64,000 nucleotides of DNA from Octopus vulgaris (lineage: Eukaryota), in the NCBI GenBank assembly GCA_951406725.2, contig OX597822.1, forward strand, positions 83,886,001-83,950,000, read 5' to 3'. Under the pieces are notes generated by a model. It was not told where the DNA came from and made no database searches. It was given only the letters and a program-made list of their open reading frames with translations. A program made the translations under genes and the position numbers. Below are positions 28,479-42,825 of this stretch, piece by piece. Numbering within the stretch: the stretch's first letter is position 1; each line of letters begins with the position of its first letter.

Positions 28479-28480
<2 letters not shown>
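28130..28480 (-). mobile_element. SINE family A
   Basis: gcggccatgctggagcacc...ctaccaaatccactcacaagg...cacagccacgcc. Confidence 0.85.
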
Positions 28481-28546
<66 letters not shown>

Positions 28547-29059
28547 ACTCATGTTAGAAATATGGCCCTTATTCTCCAAGTTGTTCTAGATATTTAAGAG
28601 ATTTACATTTTCTTTCCTCTAATCCATTTGAGACCGGAAGTAGTTCGGAGATACCAGAACCGTTAGACTTGTATCCCTTCTATGTGATTATGAAGCAATC
28701 ACTGAACCATACAACGTAACGCCTGGAATGGTTCGCTGATCGTAAATTTGTAATTTAAAGGGAAACAGAGAGCGTTCCGAGAATGTAGAAGGCTACTGTG
28801 TCGATACTCTCGACCGAAGATAACATTGAAACTAATAGGAAATGTTCAAGTAAGTGTGGGCGTTTAACGGTAATATAAGGCATTGATAGAGCAAAGAGAG
28901 ACGAGTTCATTATTTATTAAGAAGTAATAGTTTGTGGCTTGTGTTTGGTCTCTGTAAATGTTTCTCGTTATGTTCCCTGCTGGTCAAAGAGACATTAATA
29001 TACATTAAAACGCACACCTGACAACATTTGATCATAAATGCCAATATTCTTTCCGTAAA

Positions 29060-29462
29060 AGGCGGCGAACAGGCAGAATCGTTAGCACACCAGCCGAATT
29101 GCTTAGCTGTATTTCGTTTGCCGTTACGTTCTCAGTTCAAATTCCGCCGAGGTCGACGTTGCCTTTCATCCTTTTGAGGTCGATTAAATAAGTACCAGCT
29201 ACGCACTGGGGTCGATATAATCGACTGAATCCGTTTGTGTGTCCATGTTTGTCCTTTCTGTGTTTAGCCCCTTGTGGGTAGTAAAGAAATTGTGTCCTGA
29301 GTTCATATTCCGTTGAGGTCGACTTTACCTTTCATCCTTCCGGGGTCGATTAATTAAGTACCGGTTACGCACTGGGGGTCGATGTAATAGACTTAATCCC
29401 TTTATCCCTGTTTGCCCCCCCCCCCCCATTATGATTAACCCCCTGTGGACAATAAAGAAATG
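29060..29462 (+). mobile_element. SINE family B, dimeric, with 17-bp TSD
   Basis: TSD aatattctttccgtaaa (29043) / aatattcttcccgtaaa (29463); the gaggtcgac...cctttcatcc...gtcgattaa...aagtacc module occurs twice. Confidence 0.85.
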
Positions 29463-30246
29463 AATATTCTTCCCGTAAACAGATGTATTGGTGCTGCATA
29501 TGTAATATTTGTGCAATAGACTGAGCTACTTCAAACTATGGCTGTTTCTGAATTCTTGGAAAAAGGGTTCTTAGGTTTTCAATCCATTCGATTGCCAACA
29601 TCAAAAGCAGTTTAATTTTCTTTTCTTTTGCCAATAATGTTATAAATTGTTTATCCAAGTTGCACTGTTTACGCGCATGATCATTGCGACATGTTTTTAT
29701 AAACAAAATTAAAGAAATACCTAAAATAGTATGGCGATTTCTTCGGTTTGGGCAGAGGTTTTGAGGAGAGGATACGAATCAATTACATCGGCTCTAATAG
29801 CTGAATGCTCTTTATTTTATCGATTTATTTCATCGATCCCGACGGGATAAAATACAAAGATAACCTGCACAGGAGGCGCTAACAATTCAACCAGTTCGCT
29901 GTTTGATAGTATAACGCTTTCATGCGATATTTTAAAACTATAATACGATATTATACATTGAAGAAAAGTTATATTGATATATATTTCATTCTTCTGCCAG
30001 AGTAGCAATTCATTTCAATATGGCTACGGTAATATCAAAGGAATATGGTTCCATAGTAGCAGAAATTACCAGTTTCCACCGGAATAAGAGAAAGGACATG
30101 CAAATCTCTTGGGTTTTGCGCAAGTATTAGCCATTCATTTGCGCAATATTTGATAATTGAACAAATGATATCTATTTTCTTTCTAACACGAACGGTATTT
30201 AGTTGTGTGTGTGTATGGTGTATTTGTGTATGTGTATGGTGTATTT

Positions 30247-30297
<51 letters not shown>

Positions 30298-30550
30298 TAC
30301 TTTCTCAATTCAAATCTTGTTCGTGTTGACTTATTAATTGCAGGTCTCTGTGACTGGAACAATAAACATCGATCTAATCTCGAGACGTTTTATTTGGCTA
30401 CATATCACTAACACCACTAACACTAGCGTATAAAAACACTAACATATATAATAACAATACATAATATTGCTTTCAAATTTGGCACAACGCCAGCAACGTC
30501 AGGGGAATGAGTAAGTTGATTATATGTTTTTTTTATTTATTTATATAATC

Positions 30551-30698
30551 AGGCGCAGGCGTGGCTGAGTGGTAAGAGGCTTACTTCTCAACCACATGGT
30601 TCCGGGATAAGTCCCATTGCGTAGTAATTTGGGGAAGTGTCTTCGACTCTAGCCTCGGGCCAACTACAGCCTTCAGAGAGAAACTGAAAGAAGCTCCC
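30551..30698 (+). mobile_element. SINE family A, 5' half
   Basis: gcgtggctgagtggtaag...gaaactgaaagaagc. Confidence 0.75.
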
Positions 30699-32241
30699 AT
30701 TGCAGATGTGCAATATGTCCAGGGTTTTGTATTGTCTGAGAGACTTTTGTGTCATCTGCATAGCTAGCAAGAGTGGCTGCCTTAGCAACTGAGGGCATGT
30801 CTGAAAGGACCACTATGAACAGCAGTGACCCCAAGACAATGCTCTGTGGAATACCACTTGTTATTTGTGTTGTTTCATTGGAGGTGGCTCCATTGGCCAC
30901 CACTGCCTGCCTTCTATCTTTTAAGAAGTTGTGCAGCCACTCTCCAAGTTTTCCATCTATGCCGAGATCGCATAGTTTGTGGCAGATCTTACCATGGTCG
31001 GCTTTATCAAAGGCTTTTGCAAAGTCAAGATACATCATATCCACACTTGAGTCATTTAGTAGCTGTTTTAACACCCAGCCATAGTGTTGCAGGAGCTGTG
31101 TTAGACAGCTTCTACCTGGTTGAAATCCATGCTGGGTGTCAGTCAGCGAGTCATTTTCTTCAAGGAACATGATTAGTTTCTTGCGGACTATTCGTTCCAT
31201 GACTTTGCTGATGTATGAGGTCAGAGAGATAGGCCTATAATTTTTAGCATCTGCTCTGCTTCCTCCCTTATAGATAGGGTATATTATCCCTTCTTTCAAT
31301 TTGACTGGGAGCTTACCACTTGCAAGAAAGCTCTGAAAAAGAAGCTGTAGCGATTTTGCAAGGGATCTTTAGCACGATTTGAGAAGAATCACTGGAAATC
31401 CATCAGGTCCAGCAGCTGAGTCTCTGTCAATCTCAGCTATGGCCAGTGTGACATCATCATCTTCAATGTTAATGTACTCAAAATTTGCCTCTTTTGCTAC
31501 AGGTAAAATTCTGGTTTGTTTACTTGCCTGGATCCAAGGGGTGTAGTGAACACACGTTGGCATAGTTCGTTCAGTATTTCACTTATCCTCATGGGATTTC
31601 TTATGAGGGAACCATCTTTTTGAAAGAGAAGTCCTATTCTCTGGCGCACTGCGACCGTCTCTTTGGCAAACTTAAAGAAGGCCCTATGGTTTGACTTGAT
31701 ATTTTCTATAACCCAAGCTTCTTTATCTACTCTCTCCTTTTCATGAGACTGATGCAGACTTTTCTCAATTTCCATTAGCATTCTCTCGAGGCGAGACTTC
31801 TCACCACTTTTGGTGTGCTTGCTCAGGCGGTTCGCAGGCTTTGTCCGCCGTCTCATAAGAATCTTCCTTTCCCTAGGGATCCTGTTTTTGTGTGTGCTGG
31901 CTCTTCACACTGTGACATATTTGTCACATATGGTATGGCTTGTATTATGGACATGAAACGTTTGAGTTTCATATCAATGTCTGGTGTGGCAAGTCAATTA
32001 GGCCTATCCTGTTTGAGGACCTCTTTCTCAATCAACTTCCAGTTTGCTTCATGAAAGTTTACTTGGCGAGATTGTGGATGCTTCGTATAGGGTGTGCATC
32101 TTCTGGGGCTTTTGGTCCATACATAGACAGCTTATTATGTCGTGATCCGAAACCAATGTCGGTATCAGTTTAACATTATGGATAATGTCCATATTGTTTG
32201 TGAAGCAGAGATCCAGTATATTATTTGCCCTAGTGTAGCAC

Positions 32242-32244
<3 letters not shown>
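30699..32244 (-). pseudogene. CR1/L2-group LINE ORF2 remnant (end of endonuclease region to RT)
   Basis: NILDLCFTN; AAGPDG; PIYKGGSRADAKNYRPISLTS; QHGF..GRSCLTQL; YLDFAKAFD; GIPQSIVLGSLLF; YADD. Frameshifted. Confidence 0.92.
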
Positions 32245-32285
<41 letters not shown>

Positions 32286-32286
<1 letters not shown>

Positions 32287-32435
32287 GACGGGATTCTTTC
32301 AGTTTCCATCTATCAAATAGACTCACCAAGCTTTGGTCAGCCCGAGTAGAAGACACTTGGCCAAGGTACTACGCAGTGGGACTGAGCCCGGAACCATGTG
32401 GTTTGGATCCAAGCTTCTTACCACACGTCCTCCTG

Positions 32436-32436
<1 letters not shown>
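32286..32436 (-). mobile_element. SINE family A, 5' half
   Basis: ctttcagtttcc...gcagtgggactgagcccggaaccatgtgg. Confidence 0.75.
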
Positions 32437-32467
<31 letters not shown>

Positions 32468-32478
32468 TACATTTATAT

Positions 32479-32652
<174 letters not shown>

Positions 32653-33594
32653 GTAAAAGGGTTGCATTTATATTCGTTCTTTAATTTGGTGGTCTCAAAA
32701 AAATATTTCTAATATTGATTCTTCATATTTTGCTGGTAGCTTAGAGGCGTAAATTTGCGAATATGAAAATAATACGTGTATATGATGTGTGGTGAATTTA
32801 TGGAAAGAAATGCTATAAAACTCAACAATTTAGTTAAAAATAGAGAAGAGAAGTTGTTAAGATTAACTTCTCTTCTGCATTATTAACTAAATGGTTCAGT
32901 TTTATGGGATGTCTTTCCATAAATTCACAACACGTCATACACAAGTATATATATATTTATATATTTATATATTAACGAAATTGATGCTCTGTCGTCGCTT
33001 AAGAGATATACGATTAAAACGTAAAGAGCTCAACACCAGCGCCACTGCCAGCACACTGTGTTATTAAGCACAGAACATACATTTAAGATGCGTGGGAGAC
33101 GACTTGGTCGTTCACTTAATGTGAGTTGAAAAAACGAACAGATATTAAAATTCTTTCTTTGAACTATTAGGATTTCTTTGAACTCTTAGAATGAAAACGA
33201 AATCTTTAAAAATAATTCCAACACGCATGGTCATACGCACACACAGGCACATACACACATCACATTCCATACACACAAGAACGTACACACTCATACGTAC
33301 ACACATAGACTTACAGAACTAACACAAACACGAATACACGCATCCACACACACACACCATCCAGAACGCACAAAGACATGAACTCTCACACACACACATG
33401 CACATATACACGCACGCACACACACACTTTCTTTCCCTTTCTCTTATTATCTCTATTGCCCTTAAAGCACCAACTGCACCACACAAGCACGCAGACACTC
33501 ATACACACACATACTCACACACGGGTACGCATATACACGTACACACTCCTTTGTTTCACCCCGCTTCCCTAATACATCCACAGCAATAAATATT

Positions 33595-33810
33595 CGTTTC
33601 TACTCTAGGCACAAGGCCCGAAATGTTGTGCGAGGGGGCCAGTCGATTAGATCGACCTCAGTACGCAACTGGTACTTAATTTTTCGACCACGAAAAAGAT
33701 GAAATGCAAAGTCGACTTCGGCGGAATTTGAACTCAGAACGTGGCGACAGACGAAATACCGCTAAGCATTTCGCCCGGCGCGCTAACATTTCTGCCAGCT
33801 CGCCGCCTTC
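33595..33810 (-). mobile_element. SINE family B, full length
   Basis: Clear head aaggcggcgagctggcagaa on the minus strand; imperfect TSD acagcaataaatatt (33580) / acagccatgaatatt (33811). Confidence 0.88.
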
Positions 33811-34746
33811 ACAGCCATGAATATTAAACTCGGAACTAGAAGTCAGATCTGAAGCTGGTCTGGAGACGGGAGGGCCATACTGCTAAAGGGGTTGCCCGAA
33901 ATGGTAACGAAAGGACATTGAAAAACGATATTGATTTACAGATTAACTGAATGATTAATGAAGTTATTGATTAGTTGGTTAAATACTTAACCATTTTACG
34001 AATATTAATAAAGAAGTGAAAATGAATCAGTGCTTGTGTTTCTTATTAACACAATGGCCCTCTCGATATAAAAATAATTTATGTCAACACGAATCCAAAC
34101 TAAATACAAACATATATATATATATACATACAAACAAAATATGGGGGTTTAGTTCACAAGTGATCTAAAGGACTTTGTATGCTTGCTAAGTGCTGTAATA
34201 GATCACTAGGGCTCCAAGGTTATAGCCGAGACGGTAGTTATGGAGCCATTGCACATTTCCGATATAGCGGATATATAAGTGTTAAAGAGTGCAACAAACG
34301 TTAAGGCATGGCAAAAATTTCGTCATACACATTATTATTTTTGAAAAATATTCAGTCTTACAGCTGTTCCTGGGATATCCCAGAGTATAGGATATTCAGT
34401 CATCGGAGACAAATAGTGAAAATGAGCAGAGTGTAGATTAATGAAATGACGACATAGAGGACAGGAGTAAAGGAATAAGGAGATGAAGGAGAAGAAAAAA
34501 ACAGCATAAAAGTTCACAGTTCAACTTTCCGACCTTGCAGAAATAAGTCCATAAGTCCTTAGATGCAATCCTGCGTAAATCCATGTGTCTTAAAGTCCAG
34601 ATATTGTAAACATCCATTCTTTTTTCTTCATCTCCTTATTTCTTTACGCCTGTCTTCTATGTCGTTTTGTGTTAGTGTGTATGTGTGTGTGTGTGTATGT
34701 GTGTGTATGTGCGTGTGTGTGTGTGTAAGTAGAAATATAAATAAAT

Positions 34747-35151
34747 TGGCTGTGTGGTAAGTAGCTTGCTAACCAACCACATGGTTCCGGGTTCAGTCCT
34801 ACAGCGTGGCATCTTGGGCAAGTGTCATCTGCTATAGCTCCGGGCCGACCAATGCCTTGTGAGTGGATTTGGTAGACGGAAACTGAAAGAAGCCTGTCGT
34901 ATATATGTATATATATATATGTATGTGTGCTTATTTGTGTGTCTGTGTTTGTCCCCCTAGCATTGCTTGACAACCGATGCTGGTGTGTTTATGTCCCCGT
35001 TACTTAGCGGTTCGGCAAAAGAGACCGATTGAATAAGTACTGGGCTTACAAAAAGAATAAGTCCCGGGGTCGAGTTGCTCGATTAAAGGTGGTGCTCCAC
35101 CATGGCCGCAGTCAGATGGCTGAAACAAGTAAAAGAGTAAAGAGTAAAGAG
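34747..35151 (+). mobile_element. SINE family A, full length
   Basis: Near-identical to the 1907 and 42418 copies. Confidence 0.9.
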
Positions 35152-35464
35152 TATATATATATATTAATGTTTCATTTTTTTATGCTGAGTTGCAATCAAA
35201 CCAATTTTTACATTAAATTGCAGTTTTACTAAAAAATATATGTAGACGACACTTATTATTTTTAATAAGAATAGTATTTGGAAGTGACCTTGAAGTTTCC
35301 ACCTACTAACCCATCATCGGATTATGATACATTTGAGTTCATCTTGGTTTTATAAAGTCTTTATTACAATTTTCTGGATTAGATGAACCACTGTTGAATT
35401 ATAATTAGGTTGTAATGTATGCTGTGATGGAATGCTATTATTTTTGTTAAATAATATATTTTTA

Positions 35465-35805
35465 TGTTTGGTTTGCAAGATGCTTGGCGTGAATTCGTGT
35501 GTTGAAACAAATCATGTTGTGTTGCGGGAGGGTGGTTACATGAATAATAATGGTTAAATTGTTAAATTAACCAACCAACTAACTAAATGAACGTTCGTTT
35601 AATGTGCTGATTAAATAATCAATCGATTGTCCTTTCATCGCTTTCCCAACCACATCAATGACATGCCCTCAGGAAAGTCAACAAACGATCGATTAGTTAG
35701 TTGGTTAGTTATTTAGCTATTTGACTAATAAAAGAGAAGTTACATTGAACCAGTGTGGGCGTTATTGTTGGCATAATGACCCTCCCAAGACACAACAAAA
35801 CATAT
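35465..35805. mobile_element. Old fold-back/MITE-like element
   Basis: gttgtgttgcgggagggt vs accctcccaagacacaac; ccaactaactaa vs ttagttagttgg; related sequence near 33950-34110. Confidence 0.5.
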
Positions 35806-35879
35806 GTGTATGTATGCGGATATATGCGTGTGCGTGTGCGCATGTAAGTATATATGTATGTATGTATTTATGTGTCTAT

Positions 35880-36120
35880 GCTCTTCCTCTGTTTAATTTT
35901 AGAGTATATTTTTACCGGTAACCTACTCAGTAACGAGGTTACGAAGGAAAGTATCTTGGTTTAACCATCATCCTTTAAATCTTAAGAAAGTTTTGCAGAT
36001 TTTTATAGCTCCAGCTATCGTGCTCATTTGTAGCATATGAATCAAAGATTTGCATTCTCTCTCCAAGATCCTAACTTCAGCCATACTTTGCTCCAGACGG
36101 GTCGTTATGTATCCTGGTGT
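35880..36120 (-). mobile_element. RLE LINE 3' end associated with (ACAT)n
   Basis: PGYITTRL...LQMSTIAGAIKICKTFLRF C-terminus; ATGT repeats on both sides. Confidence 0.65.
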
Positions 36121-36749
36121 TTGTATGTATGTATGTATGAATGTATGTATGTATGTATGTATGTATGTATGTATGTATGTATGTATGTATGTATGTATGT
36201 ATGTATGTATGTATGTATGGGCGTATAACATTCATAACCATTTAAAAATATATATATCCTATTTCTTTATAATTTTCAAGATGAACAATATATAATTATT
36301 CTTTTATTAGCATGCTGCGCATATTCATTTTAAAACAAGCTTCCGGAAATTCTGAGCGATAACTGTCTAAACAATAGTTATCAGTGTCTAGACAATAGCG
36401 ATAAAAATTATTAAATATATACATTCAATCTTGTAGTTAATTAGCGTCACATTAATAAGTAGTCATTCATTAAGTAGGCAATCATGTTTTTTTATATTTT
36501 TAATATCAATGCTATTTTTATAGGATGTTATTTCTTAATACAATTTGTCTCTGTGTAGCAGTCGGTATACATACAATAGGTCCAAGGTGACTATACTGTA
36601 GAGTATAATTAAAAACAGTCATAAACAACTGATTGATTCATTTGATAGTAATTAGAGTGTATGCAAAAACTTCTACTACAGATGCATTATCTCAGACCTA
36701 CAGACAGAAGCGCTCTGCACTTTCTCGATCTGCTGTAAACAACAGTCAT

Positions 36750-36990
36750 GTGGAGGCACATGGCCTAGTGGTTAGAGCAGCGGACTCGCGGTCGAAGGAT
36801 TGCGGGTTCGAATCTCAGACCGGGCGATGTGTGTGTTTATGAGTGAAATACCTAAGCTCAAGGCGGCTCCGGCAAAAAGTAATGGCGAACTTCTCCTGAC
36901 TCTTTCGCCACAACTTTCTCTCACTCTTTCCTCCTGCATCTTGCAGCTCACCTGCGGCCCTATGAGACAGGCATGGCTCGTGAAGGAACA
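36750..36990 (+). mobile_element. SINE family C (tRNA-Arg-like head)
   Basis: ggaggcacatggcctagtggttagagcagcggacTCGcggtc...gggttcgaatctc; A and B boxes; similar to 45413. Confidence 0.8.
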
Positions 36991-37473
36991 AAGCATCAGC
37001 CAGATCTCCTTTGAATTATATATCGGTATCGTAAAAATGGAAATCACTGATCAGATCTAATTTGAGATAAACAAATAGACCTCCATATGGTCATTCGGCT
37101 CGCTAAAAATAGCAGTCAATTCTACATCTGGTGATATGTAATCTTATGAAGAAACTGAACGCAGTAAAAGCTTCATTCTATGGCGTAAAAGAGACAGGAT
37201 AGTCACGGCAGGAATATTTTTTATAAAAGGTCTAAGGTTAAATATTACACAACAATTCAAAGATGCCTAGATGTACTTAGGTAATATAGTACTCGACAGC
37301 GATATATTGCGTCATTGGATACAGACAGATGACTTAGCAACCCAAAGCTTCGAAGTCACTGTCAATACGCAATACTATTCTTCCTAAAGAATAATAAATT
37401 CATTTTCTACCAAATGGATTTATAATCCTTCAATTTAATGAAAAATTGTTTTTAACTTGACATAAAACAAACG

Positions 37474-37504
<31 letters not shown>

Positions 37505-37550
37505 ATGTATATATATGTGTATGTATATATATATATATGTGTGTGTATGT

Positions 37551-37601
<51 letters not shown>

Positions 37602-37659
37602 GGAGTGGCTGTGTGGTACGTAGCTTGCTTACGAACCACATGGACTTATTCTTTGTAAC

Positions 37660-38170
37660 CCAAGTTTGTTTATTCCGGTAACATAAAAATCTGGAGTCCT
37701 GGAGCTGACGAACTTTCTATCCGCGCTTTCAGTATCGGTTTGACTTTTGAAGTTCTTTACTCGAAGGAAACCCATCAAGGTGCTTGAAAAAGTGGTAGTC
37801 GGTAGGAGAAAGGTCTGGGGAATAAGCTGGGTGGAGAAGAGCTTCGCAGCCAAGTTCCCTCAGCTTCTGAAACGTCGTGAATGAAACTTGTAGACGTGCA
37901 TTGTCATGAAGAAAGACTGGCTCTCTTCTGTTGACCAGTCTGGGACGGAGGAGCAGCAGTTTTTCGTTCATTTTGGCAATTTCATGAAATATGTTTCCGC
38001 AGAAATGGTTTTTCCGGGTTTCAAGAAGTTATAGTGGATAAGTACAGCAGTACACCACTAAACAGTCACCATAATTTTCTTTTTGAAGAGCTCAGGTTTA
38101 TGGAAGTTTTTCGCTGTTTCATTTTGGTTGAACCACTGCAAAGAACGTTTTTTATCATTGTACCCGTTGA
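37660..38170 (-). mobile_element. Mariner transposase remnant
   Basis: FLHDNAR...LHPAYSPDLSPTDYHFFKHLD. Confidence 0.88.
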
Positions 38171-38617
38171 ATCTGCCCAGAGTTATCTCTCTTAAGTATT
38201 TCATATTGACGTAGGCTAAAAGCCTGACACGCGCATTTGGGAATCCGCTAGAAGGAAGCGCTGAGCAGATATGGTGTTTCTACACCTTTTACTCTAAGGA
38301 AGACTTATTCTCCGTGGTAACAGCAGGGAATTTGCCTTGAGAAATTAATATGTCACAGACATATTTTAACCAACTTAAAAAATCCTAATGCCATGAATCA
38401 ATCGAAATATTACGAATAATTTTGTGAGATGAAATCCTAACTGTACAAATCCCTTACTCGATACACAAACAACCCATCATATATTTTCTCTGGAAACGGT
38501 CGTAGGTGTTTGCACAGTTGACGAGTGATTTACGTAATTACGACATTATCTCACAAAATGATCTGCAATGTATTCTGTCAGTTCTATTCTGTTAAACACG
38601 TACGCGCACACACACAC

Positions 38618-38728
<111 letters not shown>

Positions 38729-39795
38729 GCATACATACATACATACATACATACATACATACATACATACATACATACATACATGCGTACGTACATACGT
38801 ACATACGTACATACATATATTACATATATCAAGCCTGCAAGCCATACAATAATGCTGTTTTATGTATGTACATATGTTTTAAATAGTAATTGCGCGTGAG
38901 CATATTGATAACAATGTATATACATTTCTGTGTGTATTTCTTTACTTTTTAAAGTTTGTTTTATTTTTTAGAAACTTTCTAAGAGTTCCACAAATAAACC
39001 AAGCTACAAAAGTAAATATTTTCTGTGCGTTGGCAGCTGCAAGCTTCCCCCTTTTTCATGTGTCTGATTTTTTTTCTGTCATTGCTTCACTCTCTCTGAA
39101 TTTCACGTACACAAATATACTTGAAAATTGCATAGGTAAGGTATATACATACATACTAATACATGTAAACACACACAAATATATACACTTATCACACACA
39201 CACATGTATTTATTTATATATAGGTAAATTCTCTGTAAGCAATAATTGGCAGCTATTTCAGCCATGAGCTGTAATAAAATGGAGTCTACGTATTGCTATG
39301 CACGATAAATAAACAGTTGAAATATTATTATAGGAAACATGCAGTATAATTCAATTTGCCAAAACGTTGGCATGGCTTGTGATACATTTCATATTTGTTG
39401 AAAATAAGTGAGAAGACTTTGCTTCTTTTTAATAAAATTCTTGCATTTTAATTGTGAATTAATGTATCGGTGTGATTCTCATTATTTTACAAGCAACCGC
39501 ACGTACACAAATTCAGTCACGAATAGACATATGTACACAAAAGCAAGCACACGCACACACATATACACACACGCACTAACACCACAAATATACATGCACA
39601 CTCACGCACCAACACCACAAGCACACACGTATAATGAATGAACGTGAGTGTAAGAGAGTACATAAAAATAGGAGAAAAAGTATTCAACAGAAGGGGAAGA
39701 GTGGTATAAAATTTATTCAGAACCACGTCTTGGCCAGCAAATCTCAGAGTTTGGTCTTTATCCACGCCATTCTCTCTACATTTATTTCCCTTTAT

Positions 39796-39834
39796 TCTTT
39801 TCTGTCGAAGAGTGTAGGTCCGAAACGTAAAAGA
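39796..39834 (+). ncRNA. Degenerate minimal hammerhead-like motif (core CUGUCGA)
   Basis: tctttt CTGTCGA agagtgtaggtcc GAAA CG TA aaaga. A6 is substituted and stem II is weak. Confidence 0.45.
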
Positions 39835-39969
39835 CGTTTTCATTTTTCCCGACCGTCAAACCAGCACACTTGAATATTGTTCGTACGCCTCTCTTCGTCT
39901 TTCCTTTTTCTATTACATGCATCCATAGAGGGATATGGATACTTATGTATTTTTTTATCGTTTATATTT

Positions 39970-40125
39970 TACTGATTTCAGTCATTAGATTGCGACCATG
40001 CTGGAGCACCGCTTTCAAGGGCTTACTTTCTTAAAGCCAAGTATTTATTTTATCAGGCTATCTTACGGAGACGTAAACACACCAACTCCGGTTGTCAAGC
40101 AGTAATGAGGGACAAAGACACACAC
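39970..40125 (-). mobile_element. SINE family A, 3' part
   Basis: gaccatgctggagcaccgc...gacgtaaacacaccaac...ggttgtcaagc. Confidence 0.7.
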
Positions 40126-40126
40126 A

Positions 40127-40186
<60 letters not shown>

Positions 40187-41876
40187 CCAAATCACTGAAC
40201 AGATCTAACTTGAGGCAACAAATTAGACGGTGATAACAACAGAGGTTCTTGTGTGACTGGTCGTCGTCTGCAACTTATGCTAATCTCGTACCCTTGCTTT
40301 AGTTCTTTATTCACTGCGAGTTGCTTGTTCAGTGCATCATTTTTCCGTCGGGGAAATTTCTGGAAGATTTCAACTTGCTATTCTGATAAAATATCTTTTA
40401 CAACAATTGTACTCTTTATGTCGGAGTTACGATAGACTGGTTGCTTCGTGATATCAAATGAATACTTTGTCTATTTTGTATTTATAATTTATCGATTTGC
40501 ATTTCAGCTGTGATGCAGATTTTATTTCAGTATATGAAGCTTATAATTTAGCATTTCAATTTTGTGTCTCTCAATTGCTTTTTTAAAGTTTACTCTGTCT
40601 GTGAATTTAGCTGTGTTATATTTCATAAATAATAAAATCTGTGAAATGCTTTTTTCATAGAATAAATTTTAAAACTGCTTTTTCTATTTCATGTCACGGA
40701 CCAACAATGGCTGATGATATCTGCTTGTTTTCTGTTGGTATTGCTTCAACTCTTTGCATTTCTTTACCAACGTGGTTAGTAAAATTTATGTCGAGGGATT
40801 TAAATGTCTCATACATTCTATCTCTTTTGAAATGATCTACACTTTTCGGTAATTTCCTGCCATAGCAATTTGATTGATTAAATCAAATTCTAATTGTAAA
40901 GACTTTTTCTTTATATGTGTATTCCACTTTGAGTGGGTTTTTCATCCATTCTTATTGATGGGATTACAGAACTCATCGAATCGTTTGGCTGTGATTTGAA
41001 CTTCATACGAATTGTTTAACTTCATTTTTAAATTTGACGAAGAATTCTTGGCCGTCGCCATCCAGTCTTTTGAGATAGCTGTTCTGAGACTGCATTACCC
41101 AGTACGTGACAGAAATTGAGTTGCTATTTCTAGCAGATCAAACGACCCCTTAGTAGATGTAACTTCACTGGCTCATCAAATAAATTGTTGACTGTTGAGA
41201 TACTCTGCTGATGTAGCTTATCATGATCGTGTGTGATACAGCCGCATGTCCCTAAGTCACTGCGACCTGGCAGTTCAAACCCCGCTGATGATAATTTTGC
41301 CTTTTAATCCTTCGAAACTCAATGAAATATTTACCTGTCAAATACTGACACCAATCTCGTCGACTATAACTACCCCAACCAAGACCCAGCCTACAAAATG
41401 TACAGAATGTACAGCTTCTGCGTCTATTTCTATGTTTCTACACCTGTTTCTACGCCTGTACAGCTTTCTCCGTAGCGATGCTTGGTGTGTATTTTTTTAC
41501 GAAAGATTATTGAATCAGAAGATTCAGTAAAAGTTGTATCTTAATGTGTGTAATTTAGTGGTTAAAGTGTTGGATTAATGATCATAAGGTCTAGGTGCGA
41601 TTCCTGGCCATGCGACACGTTGTGTCTTTGAGCGAGGCACTTAAATTTTACGTTGCTGTAATTTACTTGGTAGAAATGAAAAATGAGAGCGGAGTGCACT
41701 TGCTCAGTGCTGCTGCTTCCCTGTCTCTCTTTCTCTCTCCCTCTCTCTGTCTCTCTCTATCTGTCTCTGTCTCTGTCTCTCCCTCTCTCCCCCTCTCTCT
41801 CTCTAGCTATTACATCCTGGATGTCCCACTACATTGTGGGTAGTTGTCATTGGCTATTCGTGATAATATTTTAGTT

Positions 41877-42075
41877 TCTAATTTTGGTGCAAGGCCAGTA
41901 ATTTCAGGGGAGGGGATGAATCGATTACATCAACTGGTATTTATTTTATCAACCACGAAAGGTAGAAATACAAAATCGACCTTTACGGAATTCAAACTCA
42001 GAAACGTTCAGACGGACGAAATACTGCTAAGCAGTTTTGCCCGGCGCACTAAAGATTCTGCCAGTTCACCGCCTT
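41877..42075 (-). mobile_element. SINE family B
   Basis: caaggccagtaatttc...caactggtatttattttatc...ttctgccagttcaccgcctt. Confidence 0.8.
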
Positions 42076-42417
42076 CGTTATAATATTAGCATCTAAAACA
42101 ATCAGTAAACCAAAATTACCCTCGAATCCAAATGATCGTCGTAGTTTCATTTATAACTTTTCGTCATTGTTCCTTTTTGTTAGTTCTAAATGTAATACAA
42201 AATGCAGTGTTCAAAAAGTCTCTCCTCAGCAAGTATGAGACAATAATAAAGCCTTTTAGCATGACCCAGAGTTTTCAATTCTTGAATGGCCAGCACTTTG
42301 TATGGAAAGAAATTTCATTTCTTTTCTACTGCCGTGTGAGAACTTCCTATGCTGATATCTGCTTCCTGTGACAATTTGCATAAGGACTTTGACGGGTTTT
42401 CCAACAGTTTATCAGAA

Positions 42418-42582
42418 AGGAGTGGCTGTGTAGTAAGTAGCTTGCTAACCAACCATATTGTTCCTGGTTCAGTCCCACTGCGTGGCATCTTGGGCAAGTG
42501 TCTTCTGCTATAGCCCCGGGCCGACCAATGCCTTGTGAGTGGATTTGGTTGGCGGAAACTGAAAGATGCCTGTCGTATATAT

Positions 42583-42616
<34 letters not shown>

Positions 42617-42824
42617 ATGTGTTTGTGTGTCTGTGTTTGTCTCCCTAGCATTGCTTGACAACCGATGCTGGTGTGTTTACATCCCCGTCACTTAGCGGTT
42701 CGGCCAAAGAGACCGATAGAATAAGTACTGGGCTTACAAAGAATAAGTCCTGGGATCGATTTGCTCGACTAAAGGCGGTGCTCCAGCATGGCCGCAGTCA
42801 AATGACTGAAACAAGTAAAAGAGA
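42418..42824 (+). mobile_element. SINE family A, full length
   Basis: Near-identical to the other young copies. Confidence 0.9.
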
Positions 42825-42825
42825 G

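Noticed and set aside
30551-32436. Composite transposon: LINE fragment bracketed by inverted SINE halves
   Set aside because: The SINE halves differ in sequence, no TSD is seen, and SINE density makes chance bracketing likely
32985-33035. Hammerhead-like gctct...aaaacgtaaagagc
   Set aside because: Neither core segment is intact
40400-41070. Decayed retroelement ORF1-like sequence on the minus strand (similar texture at 60700-61700)
   Set aside because: No diagnostic motif readable
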